Shown here in pieces: positions 54,765-64,000 of a stretch of DNA of 64,000 nt. Source of the stretch: a bacterium. GTDB lineage: Bacteria; SAR324; NAC60-12. The DNA lies in contig CBDBHR010000029.1 of assembly GCA_965205865.1 (NCBI GenBank), positions 576,001-640,000 on the forward strand, in the 5' to 3' direction. Both the position numbers and the translations under genes were made by a program. Within the stretch, counting starts at the first letter, position 1, and every line of letters starts with the position of its first letter. Under the pieces are notes generated by a model. The model did no database searches and was not told the origin of the DNA. It was given only the letters and a program-made list of their open reading frames with translations.

Positions 54765-54852
54765 CGTATCTCCAATATAATTTATGAAAATGTGAATGAG
54801 CATTGAGAAAGCAAGAATTTGTTGTTTCCAACTAGTCTCCTTAAGCATTGTA

Positions 54853-55146
54853 CCTAAATCCTGCAATTAGATGACAATCAAACATGGAAATGGTAATATA
54901 CTCAAATAGTTAACAGCAGAATCAACATTTTAAGAGATCACCATTTCCATGAAAAACAAAGGTAGCACAAGATCGGCAAGAACGACAGCAAAAAACATCC
55001 ATATCAGCCAGGGAGGCAGAGACCTGACCGCGCAAGCAGGCTTGATTCCGGTTGTCAAATTTTTCACAAAGAAGGGATTGTTTCAAAGACAGAGCAGACC
55101 GTAGATCATCAGCGTGGCGCCACGGGTCTTTATGACGCGCTGGACA
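54853..55146 (+). mobile_element. Truncated IS1380 left end
   Basis: Matches the start of the complete copy and stops abruptly at the AAAAGGGGTCAGGCC motif. Confidence 0.9.
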
Positions 55147-55161
55147 AAAAGGGGTCAGGCC

Positions 55162-57118
55162 GTGCGCCAGGAAAGCTGGCAAGAAATAGAGAGTGAAAGT
55201 CTCTTACTCGGTAAGGCAGTAACGACCCGCCGAGTCCCCGAGTCATGAGTGGTTATTCGCAAGGATAGGCGCTAAGCGTTGACAGGGGAGAACACAGGCT
55301 CGGTATTGAGCTCCGAAATCATAGTTTCAGGCGCTGACCTTGTGGTCTGGTGGGGAAGGCAATATCAACCGAAGGCGTTAGCGTGAGTCTCGGCTGAGCC
55401 TGGCGGAGTCGAAGACCCGGTGCATGTGTGGAAGTTTCTTGACCGGAACCTGGGAGATCCTGAAGACGACTGTCAACATTCTATTGGTAGTCGGGTCGGG
55501 AAAATTAATAAATAACCCCGACATCGACGTTTTCAGGAAGTCGGACAAGTTCGTAGTAGCGATGAAGCGGCGAACAATGAGATCATTTGTAGAGAGTAAC
55601 AATGCAAAGGAAATCAACGGAGCCTGTGGAGCAAAGGGACTTGGCTGAGAGGAATTCTGCTTGCCCTCCTGTGTTCGGAACTCAGAGGCCGGTAAAATCA
55701 GAGAGCGGTTTAAGCAGGGTGCGCCAAAGGGCGAAGAGGAACCCCCATCTTCAATTCAACAATCTCTTTCATCACATCAACCCTGACTTACTGCGGAGAG
55801 CTTACTTTGATCTCAATCGCAACTCAGCGGCGGGAGTGGACGAGGAGACCTGGAATGAGTATGGCATAAATCTCCTGGAGCGGATTAACGATCTGCACGG
55901 GAGGATCCACCAAGAACGTTATCGTCCTCACCCTTCTCTGCGAGTGTGGGTTCCTAAACCGGATGGCCGTCAAAGGCCAATCGGAATAGCCGCACTTGAA
56001 GACAAGATCGTACAACAAGCCCTTGTTTGGACGTTGGAATCGATCTATGAGGAGGATTTCCTTGGGTTTAGTTACGGGTTCCGACCCGGACGAAGCCAAC
56101 ATCAAGCCTTAGACGCTTTGTATGTGGCCATTACCCAACGGAAAGTGAGCTACATCTTAGATGCGGATATTCAAGGATTTTTCGACACAATTCAGCATGA
56201 TTGGATGCTGAAATTTATCGAGCATCGAATCTCCGACAAAAGGATTCTGCGTTTAGCAGAGAAAACGTTGCGCGCCGGAGTCATCGAAGAGGGGAAGTGG
56301 TCTGAAACGGTGGTCGGAACACCACAAGGTTCGGTAGTGTCTCCAATCTATTCAAATATCTACCTGCACTATGTTTTAGATCTATGGGTTAATCAATGGA
56401 GAAGGCGGGAAGCTCGGGGGGAAGTTTACATCATTCGCTATGCGGATGATTTCGTCGTGGGTTTTCAATATTCTGAAGATGGCCAGAAATTTAATCGCCA
56501 ACTAAGAGAACGCCTCTCTCAATTTGGACTGACTTTACATGAAGAGAAAACACGCCTCATCGAGTTCGGGCGATTTGCCGCCGATAACCGGGAAAAACAA
56601 GGTCTGGGAAAACCGGAAAGTTTCGACTTTTCAGGATTCACTCATGTCTGTGACACTCGGATAAAGGATGGAAAATTCAAGCTCACCCGTCTCACCATTT
56701 CCAAAAGGTTGCGAAAGAAGCTCAAAGAGATCAAACTTGAAGCGAAACGCAAACGTCATGAAAATGCGCATGAACAAGGAAAATGGCTCAGGTCTGTTTT
56801 AAACGGTCTGTACAACTACTATGGAGTCCCCGGCAACCGGAGTTCCTTGAATGCTTTTCGCACGGAAATCCATCGGACGTGGTTCAAATCACTAAGACGG
56901 AGGAGTCACAAAGCAAAGAGGATGAACTGGGAACGCTTCAAAGTACTGGTCAAACTACACATTCCTTCTGTAAGGACAACCCACCCGTATCCGAATCAAC
57001 GTTTGAGCGTCTGACTCGAAGCAGGAGCCGGATGCGTTAGCAGCGCACGTCCGGATTTGTACCGGAGGAATGACGAAAGGTGGCTGGAAACCACTATAAG
57101 TCAGTTCTTTACGGTGAC
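55162..57118 (+). mobile_element. Full-length group II intron (bacterial class E-like)
   Basis: 5' GTGCG, DV GAGCCGGATGCGTTAGCAGCGCACGTCCGG, and DVI with bulged A ending GGTGAC. Boundaries confirmed by the second copy. Confidence 0.93.
55602..57014 (+). CDS. ltrA: Group II intron reverse transcriptase/maturase (no endonuclease domain)
   Basis: PKPDGRQRPIGI, SYGFRPGR, GTPQG, NIYLHY and RYADD motifs. Confidence 0.95.
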   Translation: MQRKSTEPVEQRDLAERNSACPPVFGTQRPVKSESGLSRVRQRAKRNPHLQFNNLFHHINPDLLRRAYFDLNRNSAAGVDEETWNEYGINLLERINDLHGRIHQERYRPHPSLRVWVPKPDGRQRPIGIAALEDKIVQQALVWTLESIYEEDFLGFSYGFRPGRSQHQALDALYVAITQRKVSYILDADIQGFFDTIQHDWMLKFIEHRISDKRILRLAEKTLRAGVIEEGKWSETVVGTPQGSVVSPIYSNIYLHYVLDLWVNQWRRREARGEVYIIRYADDFVVGFQYSEDGQKFNRQLRERLSQFGLTLHEEKTRLIEFGRFAADNREKQGLGKPESFDFSGFTHVCDTRIKDGKFKLTRLTISKRLRKKLKEIKLEAKRKRHENAHEQGKWLRSVLNGLYNYYGVPGNRSSLNAFRTEIHRTWFKSLRRRSHKAKRMNWERFKVLVKLHIPSVRTTHPYPNQRLSV

Positions 57119-57129
57119 CCTTTGGTGCG

Positions 57130-57255
57130 CTTACCAATTGAAAGGGTTGATCAATCAGGCTAGGAGGCCTCGTTTGCGTTTCCTCTTTGTGGCACCATAA
57201 CTTCCATGAGCACCTCGCAGCTGCGGATCGAGCAAGTCTCTCACCACATCACCGA
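57130..57255 (-). pseudogene. 3'-terminal fragment of a third OppC paralogue
   Basis: GDVVRDLLDPQLRG...KRKRGLL..INPFNW*, similar to the ends at 45580-45672 and 60497-60620. Confidence 0.7.
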
Positions 57256-57475
57256 ACAGGTTGAGAGTAGACGACAATCGTCAGGAAAAGCCCCGGCCAG
57301 AGCGCCAGCCAAAATTTCACGTAAGTTATTTTCTGATTGACATTGAACCAACATACCGGTAATTAGGAAGGATCTTTCCCGAATGCCATTCACGGGATCA
57401 AGGGTATCGGGAAGATTGACACACACGATTATTTCACGCAGATACTGCGTAACTTTAAACTAAAGGAGTCCAACA

Positions 57476-58594
57476 ATGCCTTCAATTTCAGGACCTGAAG
57501 AGGGTCCCGTCGCCGTCACCGGCGCATCCGGTTACATCGGATCTCATCTCGTTAAAAACCTGGTAGAAGCGGGATACAACGTTTACGCCTGCGTCCGCGA
57601 CACCAGCCGAACCGACAAGATCTCCTATCTCCATGCCATGGACGAGAAAGGACCTGGTAATATCGAACTGTATTCCTGTGACCTGATAAAGGCCGCAGAA
57701 GGCTCCTATGACGAAGCATTCGCGGGATGCTCCGCGGTATTTCACGTAGCCGCAGATATCGGTACCGATCCGACCTACGGCAAACCCTCGCCACAACGTA
57801 TATACGATGGATTGCTGGACGCCACTGGTGGCGTTCTCGAATCCTGCAGAAAAGCAGGCACCGTTAAACGCGTTGTCTACACGTCTTCATGCGCCGCAAT
57901 TATGGGGGGAGGTCGTTTTGCCGACTACATCTATACCGAAGAGGATTGGGTGGGGGGTTCTTATGAAAGTCTGGAAGAAAGACACACCTCTACCAATCCG
58001 GAAGGCAAAATATCTATGAACTGGACAGTTGAGCAAAAGGATTATGCCAAAGGCAAGGTCGATGCTGAAAAATTGGGCTACGCGTTTGGTGAGAAACATG
58101 GCATCGATGTGGTTTCCTGCTGTCCATGTCATGTGCTCGGCCCCTTGCTGGGGAAACCGCACAATACGATCTGGCAGCATCGGATTGGTCTCTTCCTCTC
58201 TGGCACGACCTTTCGCGACCTCACTTTTGCGCCAGTAGACGGTCCTGGTATGCGATGGAATATCATCGACGTCCGGGATATTGCCGAAGCACAACGCTTG
58301 ATGGCAACCAGCGAGGTTGCGCAAAATGGTTCAAGATACATGCTGGTCGCGACCGATGAGTCAGGGGAACTTTCCATGCGTATGCTGCTCGACCTGCTTG
58401 CTGAACTGTATCCGGAAATCGATGTTGCCAGAGATTATGACCCACCAGCCACTGATGCCAGACTACGGGCACGGTGTACCAAAGCCATCACGGAACTGGG
58501 TCTGAAAACCCATCATGTGAGGGATACCCTGAAAGCGACCGGCGATACGCTGATCGAGTTCGGCTGTATCACACCCGCTCGCAAGTCGAACTAG
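57476..58594 (+). CDS. NAD-dependent epimerase/dihydroflavonol-reductase-like extended SDR
   Basis: VTGASGYIG, VFHVA, VYTSS, YAKGK and IDVRDIA motifs. Confidence 0.88.
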   Translation: MPSISGPEEGPVAVTGASGYIGSHLVKNLVEAGYNVYACVRDTSRTDKISYLHAMDEKGPGNIELYSCDLIKAAEGSYDEAFAGCSAVFHVAADIGTDPTYGKPSPQRIYDGLLDATGGVLESCRKAGTVKRVVYTSSCAAIMGGGRFADYIYTEEDWVGGSYESLEERHTSTNPEGKISMNWTVEQKDYAKGKVDAEKLGYAFGEKHGIDVVSCCPCHVLGPLLGKPHNTIWQHRIGLFLSGTTFRDLTFAPVDGPGMRWNIIDVRDIAEAQRLMATSEVAQNGSRYMLVATDESGELSMRMLLDLLAELYPEIDVARDYDPPATDARLRARCTKAITELGLKTHHVRDTLKATGDTLIEFGCITPARKSN

Positions 58595-59111
58595 TACACT
58601 GTCAGCTTGAAATTTACGGGTATGGTAGGGCGGGACTGCTGCTCCAGCGTACCGGTTCCCGCCAAAAAACGCCGGAGTTGGTACACCGCGCGGTAGTCCG
58701 ACCGGTACGCCGAGCGGCTACCATAAACAATGATGGGAATGCGCTAATTTACCTACCTTCTCAGAACCCCATCTCTTTCTTCAGTTCCTGATCGACCCAA
58801 ATTAAGGCGAGCCAGGGTTTGTTCACAGTTATGCCGAGATCAGTTTCCCCGTTGTGGCCCTTGATCCACGGCTGGGTGGCACCGAACGGGGGTGCCAGTG
58901 GCCCCCTGATCACCCACAGCATCTCGGCGACGCGCAGGTCGGCCTTCCGCACCCACTCCTTCTGTTCCTCCAGCGTGGTAGCGGCCAGCGCGTTCTCGAA
59001 GGAAAAGGGACAGGCCCCTTTATTCTCTTTTTCTCTAATCAAATGAAGGAATCCCTTGCAAATAATTAGTAACTGTCCCCGGATTTTGGTAGCGAAAGGG
59101 ACAAAAACGAC

Positions 59112-60359
59112 TTACATCGTCCAGCGTCCGGAAGCGCAGGATCGATATCCTAGCGCTCGATAAGTGGCATCCAACAGGCCTTGGCCACGTTCATTGAGGG
59201 TTGTCCCGGGTCCCATTTTGTTCATGCAATACCCAAATGACATTTCGGCCACCGGATCGGCCATACCAAAGGAACCACCAAAGCCCGGGTGTCCAAAGGC
59301 GTCTTCGGACATCAACAAGCTGTCAAGGTTGTGCGGTTTCCCCTTTCGATTATCAATCGCTTTCATGAAAACCTCGGAAAAACGGGTCGGTATAAGGAGT
59401 GATTTATCCAATTGCGTCGCGGAAGCAACTGCCCCCATACGGGCTAAGCTATCCGCATCCACCAATTCGAGGTCTCCCAGGCTGCCGCCGCAAGCCTGCG
59501 GTGCATAAATACTGGCCATTCCCCTGGCATTGGCGATCCCACCGGCGGCCGGGATTTCGGCCCTGAAAGCCTCCGGGGATTGGAATGCCCCTGCAGTGTA
59601 ACCGCCGTCGTTGGTAACAATCTTGGCTTGAAGCCCTTCCGGGTCTGTGGCCACACTGGCAAAAAAGTCGTTTGGCGGATCGGGTTGTTCCGGAAAGATC
59701 ATGGCCGCCACCCGGGAATGGTGTTCGTCGGGTAATCCAATCCAAAAATCGACACCCAACGGCCCCGAGATCTCTTCCTGAAGGAACTGACCGACGGTTT
59801 TCCCAGTAACCCGTTTTATTATTTCGCCGTTCAGCCAACCGAAAAGAAGTGAATGGTACCCCTGGTCCGCACCAGGTTCCCACCATAGCTCTCCTTCTTC
59901 CAGCATTTTGGTCAGCACTTCCGGATTAAAGCAGCTGCCCTCCGGCATGGTTTCTTTGAGATGAGGTAAGCCGGCAGTGTGGTTTAGAAACATTTTTACC
60001 CTGGTATTCTCTTTCTGCTCTTTGCCATTTTCCGGCCAATAATTGGCAACCGGGGCATCCAGATCCAGCATTCCTCGAGATGCCAGAACGTGCATACAGA
60101 TTGCCGTGGCACCTTTGGTGCTGGACCATACAAGAGCCAAGGTGTCACGGGTCCAGGGATCCCGGGTTTCTGCGTTAGCTACACCACCCCACAGATTGAC
60201 CACGGTTTTACCCCCTTGAGTGACAAAAACGGAAGCGCCCACTTCTTTCCTGGCTCTGAAGTTGAGTTCGAATTGCGCAAGAACACCGGCAAAGGCAGGA
60301 TCGCAAAACCCGTTTACCTGGATCTCGCCGGATGGAGTTTGAATTGTTCGACTAATCAT
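59112..60359 (-). CDS. Serine hydrolase, beta-lactamase/EstA family
   Basis: SxxK (WSSTKG), HTAGLP, GYH and FGHPGFGGS motifs. Confidence 0.9.
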   Translation of the reverse strand: MISRTIQTPSGEIQVNGFCDPAFAGVLAQFELNFRARKEVGASVFVTQGGKTVVNLWGGVANAETRDPWTRDTLALVWSSTKGATAICMHVLASRGMLDLDAPVANYWPENGKEQKENTRVKMFLNHTAGLPHLKETMPEGSCFNPEVLTKMLEEGELWWEPGADQGYHSLLFGWLNGEIIKRVTGKTVGQFLQEEISGPLGVDFWIGLPDEHHSRVAAMIFPEQPDPPNDFFASVATDPEGLQAKIVTNDGGYTAGAFQSPEAFRAEIPAAGGIANARGMASIYAPQACGGSLGDLELVDADSLARMGAVASATQLDKSLLIPTRFSEVFMKAIDNRKGKPHNLDSLLMSEDAFGHPGFGGSFGMADPVAEMSFGYCMNKMGPGTTLNERGQGLLDATYRALGYRSCASGRWTM

Positions 60360-60496
60360 GATTGTCCTCCTCGATGAATTTTAAGCACGGATTACTTATT
60401 TGCCTTTCAATCCCGGTGCGTTCTGTTTCGTCCGGCTTGATATATGACTTGACTATCTATAAACAAATTTCCGTTCACCCGGCTCCTTGGGTGCGC

Positions 60497-61465
60497 TTAC
60501 CAATTGAAAGGGGAGAGGAGCCGGGCCAGGAATCCTCGTTTGCGTTTCACCGCTGCACCATAACCGCCCTGCCCACCCCTCAGCCTGGGATCGAGCAAGT
60601 CTCTCAATGCGTCGCCAAACATGTTGATGCTGTAGATCACGATACTAAGGGCAAGACCAGGCCACAGGGCTAGCATCGGAGCTATCTCCATGTATTTACG
60701 CCCTTCTCCACTGAGCATACTACCCCAACTAGCAATCTCCGGAGGCAGACCATATCCCAGGAAGCCGAGGGCGGCTTCAGTCAGGATTATACTTCCTTTG
60801 GTTGTCGTATAAATCACAATAATGGGAGCCATAATATTAGGCATGATATGACGGACAAGTGTTCTTACGGTGCTGCTTCCGACAGCCTCCGCCGCCGACA
60901 CATACACATTCTCTTTGATACCGATGACGGCACTTTTCACTACCCTTGAGCTGTAAATGCCACTTAACACACCCAAAACAACTATTACCTGCATTAAGCC
61001 CTGACCCACCAGGGACATTACCGTTATCAGAAGGAGCAGAGCCGGGAAGACCACCACGGCATCAACAAACCTCTGTACTACCACGTCCATCTTACCGCCG
61101 AAGAATCCTGTAGGAACGCCTATCAATACAGCGATAACTAAATGGAGAGTAGTTGCCGTCAATCCGACAACTACCGAAATACGAGCGCCGTAGATAAGAC
61201 GGCTCAAGATATCTCTTCCTAACGCATCTGTACCGAGCCAGTACTCAGCTGACGCTCCCTCCAGCATGACCCTGAGGTTGATTTCATTCATGCCATAGGG
61301 TGCCAGGACGTCAGCAAAGATTGCAGTGAGAAGCAAGAGCAAAATGACAACCCCACACGCGGCCCCCAGTGGTTTCTCCTTTACCAACCTTAGCAGGAAA
61401 TCAACCAGCGGGGAATGCCTCTTTGCTTCGACTGTTTCTACACCTGCGCCGTCCACGCTACTCAT
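60497..61465 (-). CDS. Peptide ABC permease (OppC/DppC family)
   Basis: LGTDALGRD, HIMPN and GDALRDLLDPR motifs. Confidence 0.9.
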   Translation of the reverse strand: MSSVDGAGVETVEAKRHSPLVDFLLRLVKEKPLGAACGVVILLLLLTAIFADVLAPYGMNEINLRVMLEGASAEYWLGTDALGRDILSRLIYGARISVVVGLTATTLHLVIAVLIGVPTGFFGGKMDVVVQRFVDAVVVFPALLLLITVMSLVGQGLMQVIVVLGVLSGIYSSRVVKSAVIGIKENVYVSAAEAVGSSTVRTLVRHIMPNIMAPIIVIYTTTKGSIILTEAALGFLGYGLPPEIASWGSMLSGEGRKYMEIAPMLALWPGLALSIVIYSINMFGDALRDLLDPRLRGGQGGYGAAVKRKRGFLARLLSPFNW

Positions 61466-61478
61466 GCCTTCACTCCCT

Positions 61479-62440
61479 TCAACTATACCGGATCCTCGGT
61501 TCCAGCCAACCATAGCTGATGTCAATTAGTAGGTTAGATCCTACTACAAGCACGGCGACAAACAGGTTTATCCCGGAAACAATAGGGTAGTCCCTCCGGT
61601 TTAAGGAATGCAACATGAGACTGCCCAGTCCGGGCAGGACAAATATCTGCTCAATGATGACCGCACCACCAATCAGATAGGGCAAATGAGTTCCTATCAG
61701 GGTGACTAAGGGAATCAGGGCATTCTTAAGGGCATGCCGAACGATGACCACCCTCTCCTTGAGTCCCTTTGACCAGGCGGTCCTTATATAGTCCTGCCGC
61801 AGAACCTCCAGCATCATCGTGCGCGTCATTCTCATGATCCCCCCACAAAGAAACATAGCCAGAATAGAGGCAGGAATTATGAACATGCCAAGGTTGCCGA
61901 GCGGATCCTCGCTAAACGGAATTAGCTTCATTGATGGCGACCACCCCCAGTAAAGTGAGGGGTAGAGCATTACCATTGTCCCAATCCAGAAACTGGGTAG
62001 AGAGAGAGAAAAACGATAGCAATACTTCGCCCGATGTAGTCGCCGATGGTATCCTGCCGTATTGATGAGTAGATTCCTGTCGGTATGCCTACCAGCAACG
62101 CTAAAATCAAAGCCAGGAAGCTGATCTCAAAGGTTACCCATACTCTTCCGAAGATTTTTCCGGCCACATCCTTACCACTACGCAAAGACTCCCCGAGACT
62201 GCCATGCAAAATGATGTCTCCTATCCAGCGTCGGTACTGCACGTGTATAGGTACATTCAGCCCAAGTTTTTCCTCAATTGCCTCGCGGTCAACCTTGTTG
62301 CCAGAAAAAGTTCCCATCTCACCTAGAATTACGTCTACCACGTCACCCGGGATGAAACGTATGGTAAGAAAGACGAGAATAGTTACCAATAATACTGTTG
62401 GTATAAGTAACAGTGATCTTCTGATTATGTAAGCAGTCAT
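61479..62440 (-). pseudogene. Peptide ABC permease (OppB/DppB), frameshifted at a (CT)5 tract
   Basis: Two ORFs (61970-62440 and 61479-61976) join if one CT unit at 61999-62008 is removed. Confidence 0.85.
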
Positions 62441-62778
62441 ATTATTGAGCCTAACAAGTATTTCAAGTGACTATCCATCGCTTTTCGCTCCAGTCAATGG
62501 CTTTGGCATGGGTAGATACGTTAGCAGGGCCAAGCTCAGCGGTTTCGCCACCGACGTCCACTTGGTTGAAGGGAAACCAATAGCCAAACGAGTTAGAATC
62601 CCTGGTATCACCCCCAAATATCAAACTCAAGCGTACTTGAGAACCCCTCTGTCACTGAGGTCAGTGGCAGGCACTGTGGATGGTATCGGATATATCACAC
62701 AGGCGACGGGCATTACAAGCCCATCCAGCGATGGGCTTGTAATTTCATTCTCCTTGCAATGACACGAGAAGGCGGCTT

Positions 62779-63095
62779 CTAACGGCCCTTCTCTTCCTTC
62801 ACGTCTTGATAAACCCAGGTAAACCGCAATGGCGACGCAGGGCTATCAAGAAGGTCAATATTACTTTCTCCAAAGTAACCACCCACCCACGGCTGCCAGA
62901 AGGTATACTCGAAACCGGTAGGACCCCATACATTGAGGTGCTGGCCAATGAGGTACATATCGGCCTCTATAGCCCCATCCTTTAACTCTTCAATGGTAGT
63001 CGCCGCATTCACCTTCTCATCAATGAGGGCGTCATAGACTGGGTCTTTGAAACCGTGCCAGTTCCACGGGCCGTCTGTTACATAAAGTAATACTA
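62779..63095 (-). pseudogene. C-terminal part of a peptide ABC substrate-binding protein cut by IS1380
   Basis: WQPWVGGYFGE...WVYQDVKEEKGR, paralogous to the end of 42959-43627. Confidence 0.75.
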
Positions 63096-64000
63096 CCTAA
63101 ATCCTGCAATTAGATGACAATCAAACATGGAAATGGTAATATACTCAAATAGTTAACACCAGAATCAACATTTTAAGAGATCACCATTACCATGAAAAAC
63201 AAAGGTAGCGCAAGATCGGCAAGAACGACAGCAAAAAACATCCATATCAGCCAGGGAGGCAGAGACCTGACCGCGCAAGCAGGCTTGATTCCGGTTGTCA
63301 AATTTTTTCACAAAGAAGGGATTGTTTCAAAGACAGAGCAGACCGTAGATCATCGGCGTGGCGCCACGGGTCTTTATGACGCGGTGGACATGGTCATTTT
63401 GTCGGTGGTCGGCATTGTTGGTGGCGCCCGTTCGATTCGTTCGATTGTGACAGTTTGGAACGACCGTGTTTTGAGTCGTGTGGCCGGTTGGCTGAGGATT
63501 CCGGATGAAACCACATTCGGCCGGATACTGCGTACTTTCACACAGAAAAACATCAATGAGATGGAGAGCTTGAACCATCGGATTCGAGCCGGTATCTGGC
63601 GTAAGGCGCTTCGAAGTGGGACAAGCATCGTTGGGGTGTTACACTGTCTTGTGATTGACGTGGACTCCACTGTGAAAACGGCCTACGGCAAGCAGCAAGG
63701 AGTGTCTGTCGGATATAATCCCCACAAACGCGGTGCAGCTTCGTATCATCCTCTGCTGGCATTTTGCGCAGAGACAAAGGAGATTCTTCAGGGTTGGCTT
63801 CGTGATGGGAGTGCCTATACCAGCAATGGAGTCGTTGAATTCATGCGGCAACTTCTCGCTCACCTTCCAAATCGGACTCGCACTCTGTTTCGTGGAGACA
63901 GTGGTTTTTTTGTGGGGGATTTGCTGGATTTCCTCGAAGAACGAGGCCATGGCTATCTGATCAAGGTCAAACTCAAGGGGCTTGTCTCGTTGTTGGAAAC
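63096..64000 (+). mobile_element. IS1380 copy (runs off the window), transposase from 63192
   Basis: Near-identical to 41277-42972 in reverse orientation. Confidence 0.93.

Noticed and set aside
55602-57014. RT as a retron, DGR or defence RT
   Set aside because: It is embedded in clear group II intron RNA domains (GTGCG start, DV, DVI) and has intron IEP motifs.

Overview
Bacterial chromosomal window. The gene content resembles Deltaproteobacteria/SAR324, but this is an inference only. Housekeeping blocks include ClC-CBS, nadE, cobN/chlD-like/cbiB, crcB-eno, amtB, ArnT, TAXI-TRAP, scpA-meaB, purF, lptC, aroK-mnmA and atpZIBE. They alternate with three accessory patches at about 10.8-16.3 kb, about 30.8-32.5 kb and 37-64 kb. 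These patches contain IS elements (IS630, IS1595, ISNCY-like, 2x IS5, 3x IS1380), MITEs, REP-like palindromes and decayed or truncated catabolic and ABC-transporter genes. The most striking content is a nested set of group II introns. (i) A full-length RT-encoding class-E-like intron and an RT-deleted sister copy are both inserted directly after the dispersed motif AAAAGGGGTCAGGCC. (ii) An ORF-less intron of another lineage sits inside the RT-deleted copy, forming a twintron. (iii) An RT-deleted class-C intron is inserted behind a hairpin inside a MITE, and an intron-free copy of that MITE lies 20 kb away. Two attC-like sites, each hit by an IS, point to integron cassette remnants with no integrase in the window. 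No rRNA, tRNA or CRISPR array was seen.
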